64,000 bases of DNA from an uncultured delta proteobacterium (GTDB lineage Bacteria; Myxococcota; Myxococcia; Myxococcales; Myxococcaceae). Position 1 is the first letter of the stretch; each line of letters begins with the position of its first letter. The position numbers were made by a program, and so were the translations under genes. The stretch is taken from assembly GCA_963713045.1 (NCBI GenBank), contig CAVQKE010000006.1, positions 288,001-352,000 of the forward strand, written 5' to 3'. Positions 50,291 to 60,044 of this stretch are shown piece by piece. Under the pieces are notes generated by a model, which saw nothing but the letters and a program-made list of their open reading frames with translations, made no database searches and was not told the origin of the DNA.

Positions 50291-51343
50291 ATGGCTTCCT
50301 TGCTGCTGAAGGCCCGCTCTCTCGCCGTCGGCTGTCTTCTGGCCTGCGCCACCGCGGCGGCGCAAGTCCCGGCCGCAGTGCCGGCGCCGGCTGACCCGCT
50401 TCCGTCTTGGAACGACGGGGCGGCGAAGAAGGCCATTGTCGACTTTGTCCAGGCCACCACCGACAAGGCGAGTGCCAAGTTTGTGGCGCCGGAGGCGCGC
50501 CTGGCCACCTTCGACCAGGACGGGACGCTGTGGGTGGAGCACCCGTTGTACACGCAGCTGATGTACTGCCTACAGAAGGTGCCGGCACTGGTGGCGAAGA
50601 AGCCGCAACTGAAAAGTGCCGAGCCCTATAAGACGGTGCTTTCCGGCCTCGCTGGCAACCACGCGGCCTTCGAAAAGCTGACGCTGAAGGACTTGGAAGT
50701 CATCGCCGCCGCCACCCTCGGCGGGATGACGGTGGACAGCTTCCAGGCCGAGGTGACGCAGTGGATGGCCTCGGCCAAGGACGGGCGCTGGAAGCGCCCC
50801 TACACCGAATTGACCTTCCAGCCGATGCTGGAAGTGCTGCGCTACCTGCGGGCGAACGGCTACCGGACGTACATTGTGACAGGCGGCGGCCAGGACTTCG
50901 TGCGCGTCTACGCCGAGGGGGTGTACGGCATTCCCCCGGAACAGGTGGTGGGGACGGTGGGCGCCACCCGCTATGGCTATGCCAAGGACGGAAGGCCCCA
51001 GCTCACCAAAGAAGCGAAGATGGTGCTGAACGACAATGGGCCCGGAAAGCCCGAGGGCATCCACATGTTGATTGGACGGCGGCCCACCGCCGCCTTCGGC
51101 AATTCGACCGGCGACCAGCAGATGCTGGAATACACCGGCGCCGGCGACGGTGCGCGCCTGGAAATGCTGGTGCTGCACGACGACGCACAACGGGAGTACG
51201 CCTACGGCCCGGCGCGGGGGCTGCCGGCGACGAAGGTGGGCACCTTCACCCAAGCGCTGGACGACGAGGCGAAGCAGAAGGGCTGGACCGTCATCAGCAT
51301 GAAGAAGGACTGGAAGCGGATTTTTGCCTTTGACCAGCCCTAA
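50291..51343 (+). CDS. Secreted HAD-family phosphatase
   Basis: Signal peptide; LPSWNDG; FDQDGTLW; VTGG; GNSTGD. Confidence 0.9.
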   Translation: MASLLLKARSLAVGCLLACATAAAQVPAAVPAPADPLPSWNDGAAKKAIVDFVQATTDKASAKFVAPEARLATFDQDGTLWVEHPLYTQLMYCLQKVPALVAKKPQLKSAEPYKTVLSGLAGNHAAFEKLTLKDLEVIAAATLGGMTVDSFQAEVTQWMASAKDGRWKRPYTELTFQPMLEVLRYLRANGYRTYIVTGGGQDFVRVYAEGVYGIPPEQVVGTVGATRYGYAKDGRPQLTKEAKMVLNDNGPGKPEGIHMLIGRRPTAAFGNSTGDQQMLEYTGAGDGARLEMLVLHDDAQREYAYGPARGLPATKVGTFTQALDDEAKQKGWTVISMKKDWKRIFAFDQP

Positions 51344-51810
51344 GGCGCCCTTGGGTCCGGCATGAAGCAGTCGGCTGCAATGCGCCAGCGGCCCCCGCCG
51401 CCCAGCCGCCAGACGGCGAGGTAGCGTCCGGTGGACACCGCCGGTGGGGCTTCCCCGGTTTGCGTCTGGGTCCGGCTGGTCCCCACTTCGTAGGCCAAGT
51501 CTCCACTGACGCTGACTTCGCTGGTGGTGAGCTCGGCTTCCAGGAAGCGGGTGGTGGCCAACCGCTGGCGCCAGTAGTCGGCAATCGCCAAGTGGCCGCG
51601 GATGGTGCCCGGCCGGGTGGCGTCCAGCAGCGTGGCGTCGTCGGCGAAGACGGTGGCGATGCGGTCCGCGTTCCCCACCTCCACCGCGGCAACCAACAGC
51701 CGGTTGCCTTCGGCAATGGCGCCGCGGGCCTCGGCGCTGCCGGGCGAAGCGCTGGGGGTGGCACAGCCCACCGCACAGACTGCCAGAAGGCCAAGGCAAC
51801 AAAGGTTCAA
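51340..51810 (-). CDS. DUF4440/YybH (NTF2/SnoaL-like) lipoprotein
   Basis: Lipobox AVGC; SGDLAYEVG; GRYLAVWR..G.WRI. Confidence 0.82.
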   Translation of the reverse strand: MNLCCLGLLAVCAVGCATPSASPGSAEARGAIAEGNRLLVAAVEVGNADRIATVFADDATLLDATRPGTIRGHLAIADYWRQRLATTRFLEAELTTSEVSVSGDLAYEVGTSRTQTQTGEAPPAVSTGRYLAVWRLGGGGRWRIAADCFMPDPRAP

Positions 51811-52080
51811 GTGTCACCCATCCCCAAAAGAAGAAAGGGCGTCCACCCTAGCAAGTCGCAGTGGACGGGCGACGCCTTGGGAGAATTCGGAAAGACGGCA
51901 GCCCAGCAGCGCGCTGCAGGCCCCCCCGGGGCCGGCGGCGCCGTCACCCCTGTCCCTCCAGCACCAAGCGAAGACGTCTTGCCGGACAAAGCGCACCGCC
52001 TCCTCCAGCGGCACACACCGGCGCCAGGAAGCCTTCCAAGCCTTGGGCACGAAGTCGTCCATACAATGCCGCTCTCCCGA

Positions 52081-53556
52081 ATGGCCGACGCCGCGCCCCA
52101 AGAGAAGCCCGAGCCTTTCCGGCGACTGCTTGCCCGGGCGGTGTTGGTTCCCTTCGTCCTGTTGGCGGCCTTGGCCTTGGCGCTGGCGGTGGGCGTCACC
52201 ACGCTGGTGCGCAGCGCCCGGCTGACGGAGAGCAGCGACCAAGTCCTGACGCAGGCCGCGCGGCTGCGGGAGTTGTTGGTGGACCGCGAGACGGCCCTTC
52301 GCGGCTACCTCCTCTCCGGCAACGACGCCTTTCTGCAGCCGCTGGTGCTGGCCGAGACGCAGCTGCCGCACACCTTTTCCGCGGCGCGCGACTTGGTGGG
52401 ACAGGAAGAGGCACAGCAGGCGCGCGTGGCCCGCGTGGAGCAGCTGGCCAACGCCTGGCGGGACTTTGCGGACCGGGAGCGCCAAAATTTCCTGGAAGGC
52501 CGCGACTACATTACCGCCATGGCCAACGGCTCCGGCAATGTCCTGATGCAGGGCATGCGCCGGGAATTGGACGCCCTGGTGGCGGTGGAATGGGAACGTC
52601 GCCGGAGCCGCGCCCGCACCGCCGCCTGGGTGGGCCGGGTGCTGGCGGCCGGCGGGGTGGGCTGGGTGCTGGGGCTGGCGGTGCTGCTGGCCTACTGGGC
52701 CCGCCGGCAACTGCTGCAGTTGTCCCGCGGCCACGAGGCTGCGCTGGCAGGGCTGGAAAGGCAAAATGAGGCGCTGCGCACCGCGGAGAAGGAAATTCGC
52801 GAGCTCAACACCAGCCTTGAAAAACGGGTGGAGGAGCGCACCGAGGCCCTCAGCGCCGCCAACCGGGAGCTGGAGGGCTTCACCTATTCCGTCAGCCATG
52901 ACTTGCGCGCCCCGCTGCGCCAGGTGGCCGGCTTTGCCGAAGTGCTGGACGCCACTGCAGGCCCCAAGCTGGACGCCAACGAGAGGCGCGCGCTGGCCAC
53001 GCTGCGGGACTCAGCCCGGCATTCGGGCCAACTGATGGATGACCTGTTGCGCCTCTCCAAAATGTCCCGGCAGGAGTTTCGCACCTTCAACGTCAACCTC
53101 GCCTCGCTGGTGGAGTCCGCCCGCGCGTCGCTGTCGGCCGAAGCCGACGGGCGCAGTGTGGAGTGGATGCTGCAGCCGTTGCCGATGGTGCGCGGCGACC
53201 CCAGCATGCTGCTCCTCGTCTGGCGCAACCTGTTGGCCAACGCCCTCAAGTACACCAGGGGACGCAACCCAGCGCGCATTGAAGTGGGCACCCTCCCCGG
53301 ACGGGGTGCGGAGGACGTCTTCTACGTGAAGGACAACGGCGTCGGCTTTGAGATGAGCCACGCCGACCGCCTCTTCGGCGTCTTCCAAAGGCTGCACGGC
53401 GCGGAGTTTGAAGGCACCGGCATTGGGCTGGCCAGCGTGCGGAGGCTGGTGGAGCGCCACGGCGGCCGGGTGTGGGCCGAGGCCTTTCCCGGCCGAGGCG
53501 CCACCTTCTACTGGACGATTCCCCGCGCCCCAGCGGCGGAGGCGGAGTTGGGCTGA
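52081..53556 (+). CDS. CHASE3 sensor histidine kinase
   Basis: 2 TM helices; ETALRGYLL; YSVSHDLRAPL; NLLANALKY; DNGVGF; GTGIGL. Confidence 0.92.
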   Translation: MADAAPQEKPEPFRRLLARAVLVPFVLLAALALALAVGVTTLVRSARLTESSDQVLTQAARLRELLVDRETALRGYLLSGNDAFLQPLVLAETQLPHTFSAARDLVGQEEAQQARVARVEQLANAWRDFADRERQNFLEGRDYITAMANGSGNVLMQGMRRELDALVAVEWERRRSRARTAAWVGRVLAAGGVGWVLGLAVLLAYWARRQLLQLSRGHEAALAGLERQNEALRTAEKEIRELNTSLEKRVEERTEALSAANRELEGFTYSVSHDLRAPLRQVAGFAEVLDATAGPKLDANERRALATLRDSARHSGQLMDDLLRLSKMSRQEFRTFNVNLASLVESARASLSAEADGRSVEWMLQPLPMVRGDPSMLLLVWRNLLANALKYTRGRNPARIEVGTLPGRGAEDVFYVKDNGVGFEMSHADRLFGVFQRLHGAEFEGTGIGLASVRRLVERHGGRVWAEAFPGRGATFYWTIPRAPAAEAELG

Positions 53557-56500
53557 AGCCCTGGGTGGCGCAACACCACGTCCCGGGACTGCAGTAAGTC
53601 CACCTCGCCGGCGAATTGGGCAAAGGCGTCGTAGCGGGCCACCGGAATGCGGGCCATGTCCAACCGGTACTCTTCTTCGACGTGAAGTTGACTTCCGGCC
53701 TGCGCTTCGGTGCGGCTGAAGAGGCCGAAGGGCGTCTGCATCCGGGCGGTGGGCAAGGGCGAGTCCAGCACCCAGCCCTTCGGCAGCGCCAAGCCGACGC
53801 GGGAATGCACCGCCTCGGTGGCTTCAATGACCAGGGGCAGCCGCCGTTCCCCAGCCTGGACGAACCGTCGGCCGAGAAACGTCGGGTAGGTGAGGGCGCC
53901 GAGCACCAGGCGTTGGCCGTCCACTCGGGCGAAGCGCGGCGCGCGGAAGCTGTAGTGGACACTGACCGTCGCCCCCACCGCGCGCGGGATGTCCAGTTGG
54001 ATGTTGGACACCTCCGCCCCGCCAAAGTAGGCCCCCAGCGCACTCTGCAGCGCCTGCTTGCGGTCTTCGTTGGAGAGGGCCTCCAGGGCCTCGGCCAGCT
54101 GGGCGGCTTCAAAGCCGTGGTAGATGTCGGTTGCCCGTCCCACCAGCGTCCCGTCTGAGTCGAGCGCCAAGTCCAGGGTGACGTCTTTGCCCTGGGGGGG
54201 CGGCGCCGGAGGCGTCCGCACCGCCCGCAGCGGTTTCCCCGGCTCCGGCAAAAGGTAGGCCTCCCGGCCGCCGGCGGCCTGTTCCGGCAACTGGCCGAAG
54301 GGGCCGAAGCGCACTTGGGTGTCCAGCCACACCGGCGCGCTTCCGGGAGGCTCCACCCGCAGACAGAGGTACTGGAAGAGGGCCTCGTTGGGGAAGCGGT
54401 AGGGGGCCGGGTCCACCGCGAAGATGCGCACCGCCACCAGGCGGCTGGGAATGCCCAGGGCGTCCAGCGAAGCGCGCAGCAGCGCCAGGCGGCTACCCCT
54501 GTCCTGCGCCAGGCTGGCGGCGGCAGTCTGCGCCAGGCTGGCGTCCCGGCCGACCAGTCGGCTGTGGACCGCGCTGTACACGGCGCGCACCGCGTCCAAG
54601 CCGGTGCTGCGGTTGGCCGCCGCACGGGCGAAGGCCTCCACGTCCGCGCTGGGCCGCAGCCTTTCCAAGGCATTGTCCATGGCTGCCGTCAAAAGCTGCT
54701 CCTGCCCGCGGGCGCCCGCCCCCAGCACCACCATCGGCAGCACTTCGTTCAGGTTGGGCGGCCCTTCTGGCTCCGGCAAAAACGCCGGCGAGCGACGAAC
54801 TTCTTGTCGGAAGACGTCTTCGCTGCCGCCGCTTTGCACCGCCGGCGCCGTCATGTTGTGGGCGTCCACCGCCATGCCGGCCCCCTTGGGGGCCAGGACG
54901 GTGTAGGTGGCGAAGTCGTCCGGCGTCTGCGCCACCTGGTAGTAGAAGGCACCGGCGGTGAAGCCGGGGACGGCGGGCCCACGGGTGGGGTGGGCGAGGA
55001 GAAATTCCTGCTCCACCGCGTCCCCCACCGCCACGCCCGGCATGCTGATGGTTTCCTTCCCTTCAATGGCCTCGGGCTCCAGCACCGTGCCGTCGGCCTT
55101 CAACGTCCGCAGCGCCAGCACCTGCGCCCCCGGCGGAAGCGTCACCTCGGCCACTTCCTGAATGCCGGCTTGGTCCAGCACTTTCTGGACGGTGTGGATG
55201 CGGTCCACCATGGACCCGTCCGGGTAGGCGCGAATGGCGGCGGCGTCCAGCACCAGGACGGACGGCGCCTCGTCTTCATGGGGGCCGGCCTGGTACTTCT
55301 TCAACGCCGCGCGGCCGTCCAGGGCTTCGGCCTGAAGCACTTCCTTGCCCGTCAGCTGCCGGTCCACCAGCCGGCGCAGCGTCAAGTCCCCGCCGTCCAA
55401 GAGGAGGGCCGTCTGTCGGGAGGACAGGGCGCCCGCGGCGTCCCCGACCAGCGCTTGAAGCTCGGCCAGGTTTTTGAGGAGGGGGGCGAAGCGGGGCCAC
55501 AGCGCGTGCAGCTTTTGCAGGACGGCCACCCCTTGGGCCGGCCGCTTGTCGGCCAGCAGAAGCGCGGCCAGGCTTTGGGCCAACGGGACGCTGCTGGGGT
55601 CCGCCTGCAGCCGCTTGTCGGCCAGGGCCACCGCGTCACTGAGGCGTCCGCGCGCCTTGGCATGCTCCACCGCGCGGCCCTCCTCGCCGGGGCATGCCCC
55701 CAACAGGCCAAGAAGCCGGTCCGCTTCCGCCACCGCTTCGCGGCGCATGGCCAAGTCGTACCGCAGCCCGAGGGCCGCGCAGACGCCTTCCTCGGCCTGA
55801 AGGGCCTCCAGCGCAAAGCCGTCGGCCTGGGCGTCCAGCCCCAAGGACAGCTGCAGCCGCGCCTGCAGCAAGTCCACCGGGTAGCCCACCGGGGTGTGCG
55901 CCGCGCGCGCGCTGCGCAGGGATTCCCCGGCTTGGGCAACGCGCTGGTCGTCCAAGGCCAGCGCGGCGCGGTTGAGGAGGCTTTCCACGTCACCGGCGTC
56001 CTTGGCCAGCGCCGCGTCGAGAAATTGCGCCGCGCGGCTGCGCGCGACTTTGCTGGGGAGGCTACTGTCCGAGACGGCCACCTCGGCCGCCAGCGCCGCC
56101 CAGGCCGGCGCGGCGGGAAGTGGCGCCGCCGCAGTCAGAAGGCGCTTCACCCCGTCCCTGTCCCTGCCGTCCGCGTCCCGCGCGGCCAGGAAGGTGGCCA
56201 GCGTGGGGCCGGCCTCCGGCACAAGCGCCTGTTGGACAGACAGGGCGGTGGGTAACACCGCCGGGACGTCCACTGTCCGAACGCCGGCCCAGCTGGCCGC
56301 GGGCCCGCGGGCAGCGGAAAAGTGGAGGTGCGCCGGCTGGCCGTCGGCGCGGAAAAGGGCCAGGGCCAAGGTGGCCGGGCGCTCGCCGCGCAGCAGCACC
56401 ACCAACACCCGGTGCTTCCCTTTTTCCAAGGCCACCCCAGTTTCATTGACAAGGGACGTGGGTGTGCCGAAGGGCCGCCGGTCAAACAGCAGGGTACCGT

Positions 56501-57317
56501 CCACCCGGGCGCGGTAGGCGCCGTTGCCGGCGGCGCGCAGCACGTAGCTGCCAGCGGCTTCCACGTCCACGTCCACCGCGGCCAGGTAGACGTCCCCCAA
56601 CGGCCCCTCCGCCCCCAGCGACAATTCCCCGTCCGGGGTGGGGACGGTGCGCACCGCCATTGCCCCGAAGGGACCGGGAAGCGTCGGCGGAAGGGCGCCG
56701 TCGCCTTCGGCCGCCAGCGGCGTCGGGTAGGCCAAATTCCGGAGCGCGGCCAGCGGGCCCACCACAGAAAAGGCCGGGACGAAGCCGGCGTCGGCGCGCA
56801 ACGCCAGGGCGGCTGCCATGTCCCGGCGGGACTGAAGCGAGGCCAGTGCGACGCGGAGTTGGAAGGCGGTGTCGCCGGTGGCGCCGTGGGCCAGGGCTTC
56901 CGGCGCCAGGGCGAGGATGCGCACGTCCATGCCTTGGGCCCGCCCGGCCAGCGAGGCCACCAGGCGCGCGGCCAACGGCGCCAGCGGGTGGTTGGGCGAA
57001 AGCGTGCACACCGCCAGCGCTGCCTCCAGTGCGGCCTCCGGGTGGGCCAGGCGCTCCGCCAGGACGGCCGTCCCAAACAGGGCGTAGGCCTCCCGTTTGT
57101 CCTTGGCCAGCGCGGCAGAAAACAGGCGCTGCGCCTCCTCGGCATTGCCCTGCACCAGAAAGGCGTGGAAGCCGGCCAGCGCCTGGGTGTGGGCCGAGGC
57201 GTCCGCGGCGTGCGCCGCCGTGGCTGCCTCATCCAGCACTTGGGTGGACGTGGGCGGGGTGTGGGCGCAGGCGGCCAGAAGAAAAGCGGAAAAGAAAAGG
57301 GCGCGGGCCGAAGACAT
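53508..57317 (-). CDS. Large TPR lipoprotein with DUF3857 / transglutaminase-like C-terminal region
   Basis: Lipobox LAAC; TPR helices; RTLKADG...PGVAVGDAVE; LLRASLDALGIPSR...VWLD. Confidence 0.75.
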   Translation of the reverse strand: MSSARALFFSAFLLAACAHTPPTSTQVLDEAATAAHAADASAHTQALAGFHAFLVQGNAEEAQRLFSAALAKDKREAYALFGTAVLAERLAHPEAALEAALAVCTLSPNHPLAPLAARLVASLAGRAQGMDVRILALAPEALAHGATGDTAFQLRVALASLQSRRDMAAALALRADAGFVPAFSVVGPLAALRNLAYPTPLAAEGDGALPPTLPGPFGAMAVRTVPTPDGELSLGAEGPLGDVYLAAVDVDVEAAGSYVLRAAGNGAYRARVDGTLLFDRRPFGTPTSLVNETGVALEKGKHRVLVVLLRGERPATLALALFRADGQPAHLHFSAARGPAASWAGVRTVDVPAVLPTALSVQQALVPEAGPTLATFLAARDADGRDRDGVKRLLTAAAPLPAAPAWAALAAEVAVSDSSLPSKVARSRAAQFLDAALAKDAGDVESLLNRAALALDDQRVAQAGESLRSARAAHTPVGYPVDLLQARLQLSLGLDAQADGFALEALQAEEGVCAALGLRYDLAMRREAVAEADRLLGLLGACPGEEGRAVEHAKARGRLSDAVALADKRLQADPSSVPLAQSLAALLLADKRPAQGVAVLQKLHALWPRFAPLLKNLAELQALVGDAAGALSSRQTALLLDGGDLTLRRLVDRQLTGKEVLQAEALDGRAALKKYQAGPHEDEAPSVLVLDAAAIRAYPDGSMVDRIHTVQKVLDQAGIQEVAEVTLPPGAQVLALRTLKADGTVLEPEAIEGKETISMPGVAVGDAVEQEFLLAHPTRGPAVPGFTAGAFYYQVAQTPDDFATYTVLAPKGAGMAVDAHNMTAPAVQSGGSEDVFRQEVRRSPAFLPEPEGPPNLNEVLPMVVLGAGARGQEQLLTAAMDNALERLRPSADVEAFARAAANRSTGLDAVRAVYSAVHSRLVGRDASLAQTAAASLAQDRGSRLALLRASLDALGIPSRLVAVRIFAVDPAPYRFPNEALFQYLCLRVEPPGSAPVWLDTQVRFGPFGQLPEQAAGGREAYLLPEPGKPLRAVRTPPAPPPQGKDVTLDLALDSDGTLVGRATDIYHGFEAAQLAEALEALSNEDRKQALQSALGAYFGGAEVSNIQLDIPRAVGATVSVHYSFRAPRFARVDGQRLVLGALTYPTFLGRRFVQAGERRLPLVIEATEAVHSRVGLALPKGWVLDSPLPTARMQTPFGLFSRTEAQAGSQLHVEEEYRLDMARIPVARYDAFAQFAGEVDLLQSRDVVLRHPGLQPNSASAAGARGIVQ

Positions 57318-57409
57318 GGGCGGCCCGTCCTACACGCAGGGCGCCCCACGGCGCTAGCCGCCCGAGGCGCAGGGCGGGTGCGGCCTGGTCCAGCCTGAGG
57401 CTGTCGGCG

Positions 57410-59227
57410 TCAGCGCTTCGCTTGCCTGGACGGCTTTTGAGCGGCCTTCGGCTTGTGCGCGCCGGTGCGCACCGCGACGCGGGTGGAATGCGTTGCCGAC
57501 TCCAGCACCATCGGCTCCGGCACGTCCGGTGGCTCGCGGCCAATTTCGTAGCCCACCTGTCGGAAGCTGCAGACGGCGTCCACGCAGCCCAACTCCGGCG
57601 CCGGCGGCGCGCCGAAGTGCCTTTTCCAGTCGGTGCCCAGGTAGAGGGGCGCGCCGATGGGCGTCTGCTCGCCGTCCGTGCCGAAGAAGGCCGTCAGCTG
57701 GCCGGCCCGGTCCACCAACAGGCGCATCGACGCCTTCCCCTCTGCAGGGCTGGGCGGCCCCAGCATGATGCCGCGGCGCTCCCCCAGTGCCCATTCAAAC
57801 GTCACCGGCTCGCCGTCGCCGGAGAGGATGGCGGCCACGAAGCGGCCGGGTGTCCCCAGCAGCACCAGGGCCGCCTGGGGGTTGCGGCTGCGGCCAAGCA
57901 CCAAGTCCTTCACCACCTGCCAGGTGCCCAGCGGGCGCGGCGCGACAATCACCTCGGCCGTAAACAGCGCCGCAATGCCGTCCTTGTCGACAATGTCCAG
58001 CTGGGCCCGGCCCACCTCGGCCTCCTCGTCGCCCGGGGCTTCAAAGCGCAGCGTCCGGCCATCCAGCGTCACCGGACGCCCAAAGGCGATGAGGGGAATG
58101 GCGTCCAGGCCTTCGCCCACCACCACCCGGCGCGCGTTGGAAGTGTCGGCAATGCGGCCCGGCGTGGTGAAGGTGGCCTCCACCCGCAAGTCCGGCTGGG
58201 TGAGGGCGGCGCCCGCCGGCATCGGCGGCGGCGGCTTCCAGTGGATACGCGCCCAGGCCAGGCCCAACACCGCCACCGCGGCCAACAGCGCCAACGCCTC
58301 GGCCATCCGCAGCGTCCGGCGGGCCGCCCGCTGGACTTTCAGCTTCACCTGCTCGACGCGACTGGTTTTCCGCGGCAGCTGGCTGAAGGTGACCGGGGCG
58401 AAGGGCTCGAGGTCCGCCATCAATTCATTGACGCGCTGGTAGCGGTCGTCGGGGTTGGTTTTCAGGCAGCGGGAGACAATGGCGTCAATGCGCTTGTCGA
58501 CGCCGGGGCGCTTCTGCGACGGCGGGTCAAAGTTGCCAAGCGGCACCTCGCCCACCAGCAATTCGTAGAGGAGGACGCCCAGGGAATAGATGTCCGCGCG
58601 GTGGTCGGCATTCTTCGCGTCCACCCGCTGCTCGGGCGCCATGTAGCTGAGCGTCCCCATGGAGACGTGCGTCTGGGTGACGTCGAAGCGCTTGGTGTGC
58701 GGCGTCGTCTCGAAAAAGGTGGCCAGGCCAAAGTCCGTGACTTTGGGAATGCCGCCCGCTTGTTCGTCAAAGAGGATGTTTTCCGGCTTCAAGTCCCGGT
58801 GGATGACGCCGCGGGTATGGGCGTAGTCAATGGCCCGAGAAATCTCCATGATGATGCGCAGGGCCCCGGAGATGTCGAGCATCGGCGACTTGCTGACCTC
58901 GCGCAGCGAGGGGCCGTCGACGTATTCCATGACGAGGTAGTAGGTGCTGTCGGCTTTTCCCTTGTCGACGATGGCCACCACGTTGGGGTGGCTGAGGCTG
59001 GCCAGCGCCGCCGCCTCTTTGTCGAACCGGGCGACGAAGGTGGGGTCCTCCGCCAATTCGCGTGCCAAAAGCTTCACCGCCACCACCCGCCCCAGGGACA
59101 GCTGCACCGCACGGTGCACCTCTCCCATGCCGCCCTTGCCCACCAGCCTTTCCAAGCGGTAGCCGGGGATGGCGTCGGGCGGACGGGAAGTCAGCTTGAG
59201 GAGGCTGTCAGAAGCCGGGGCGGACAC
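57410..59227 (-). CDS. Transmembrane Ser/Thr protein kinase
   Basis: GKGGMG, VAVK, HRDLKPEN, DFG, YMAPE, DIYSLG; one TM helix. Confidence 0.94.
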   Translation of the reverse strand: MSAPASDSLLKLTSRPPDAIPGYRLERLVGKGGMGEVHRAVQLSLGRVVAVKLLARELAEDPTFVARFDKEAAALASLSHPNVVAIVDKGKADSTYYLVMEYVDGPSLREVSKSPMLDISGALRIIMEISRAIDYAHTRGVIHRDLKPENILFDEQAGGIPKVTDFGLATFFETTPHTKRFDVTQTHVSMGTLSYMAPEQRVDAKNADHRADIYSLGVLLYELLVGEVPLGNFDPPSQKRPGVDKRIDAIVSRCLKTNPDDRYQRVNELMADLEPFAPVTFSQLPRKTSRVEQVKLKVQRAARRTLRMAEALALLAAVAVLGLAWARIHWKPPPPMPAGAALTQPDLRVEATFTTPGRIADTSNARRVVVGEGLDAIPLIAFGRPVTLDGRTLRFEAPGDEEAEVGRAQLDIVDKDGIAALFTAEVIVAPRPLGTWQVVKDLVLGRSRNPQAALVLLGTPGRFVAAILSGDGEPVTFEWALGERRGIMLGPPSPAEGKASMRLLVDRAGQLTAFFGTDGEQTPIGAPLYLGTDWKRHFGAPPAPELGCVDAVCSFRQVGYEIGREPPDVPEPMVLESATHSTRVAVRTGAHKPKAAQKPSRQAKR

Positions 59228-59327
59228 TGGGGGGGGGGAAGTTTACTCCCCGGGTGAGGGTAGCGCCCCGCTTGCAAGGCCGCCAATTGACGCCGGGTAC
59301 CGTGGGCCCCAGGGCATACTGCCAACC

Positions 59328-60044
59328 GTGCCGCACCGCGCTTCTCCCTCCTCCACCGACATCGCGGCTGGCCTGGCTGCGCTGCAGGCCAGCCTCATCC
59401 TCTGTCGCGCCTGCCCGCGCGTGGTGGGGACGCCGGTGCATGGGCTGCCGGTGGTGAGCCGCATTCTCCTCGTCGGGCAGGCGCCTGGGCCACGCGAGGC
59501 CAGCTTCGGCCGGCCCTTCGCCTGGACGGCCGGCCGTACCCTTTTCCGCTGGCTGGAGGAGGCCACCGGCGCCGATGAGGCGACGGTGCGGGCGGGCGTC
59601 TACATCTCCGCGGTGGCGCGTTGCTTTCCCGGGAAGGCCCCGGGCGGCGGCGACCGGCGGCCGTCGCCGGACGAAATCAGCCGTTGCCACGGCTGGGTGT
59701 CGGCGGAAGTGGCGCTGTTGCGTCCGCGCCTCATTCTCCCGGTGGGCACGCTGGCCATTGCCCAGGTGTTGGGCCACCAGGGGAAACTGGTGGAGGTGGT
59801 GGGGCAAAAGTTCCGTGTCACCTTCGCCGGCCACCACGCCGACGCCATTCCGCTGCCCCACCCCAGCGGTGCCTCCACCTGGCACCACATGCAGCCCGGG
59901 AAGGCGCTTTTGTCCGATGCACTGACGTTGCTTGCGCGACACCCCGCAGTGCGGGCGACGTTTCGACAACCGATGCTGGGGAAGAAGCGAGGGACAAGCC
60001 GGCGGGCGAAGGCCGGAGCCTCCCGGAAGGGGAAGCGGGAATGA
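59328..60044 (+). CDS. Uracil-DNA glycosylase superfamily protein (family 4/5-like)
   Basis: CRAC, VGQAPG, RPF, RCFP, DRRP, SRC, LPHPSG. Confidence 0.88.
   Translation: MPHRASPSSTDIAAGLAALQASLILCRACPRVVGTPVHGLPVVSRILLVGQAPGPREASFGRPFAWTAGRTLFRWLEEATGADEATVRAGVYISAVARCFPGKAPGGGDRRPSPDEISRCHGWVSAEVALLRPRLILPVGTLAIAQVLGHQGKLVEVVGQKFRVTFAGHHADAIPLPHPSGASTWHHMQPGKALLSDALTLLARHPAVRATFRQPMLGKKRGTSRRAKAGASRKGKRE

Noticed and set aside
54315..59257. Long + strand ORFs of 646 and 931 aa
   Set aside because: Antisense shadows of the TPR protein and kinase, expected at this GC content.
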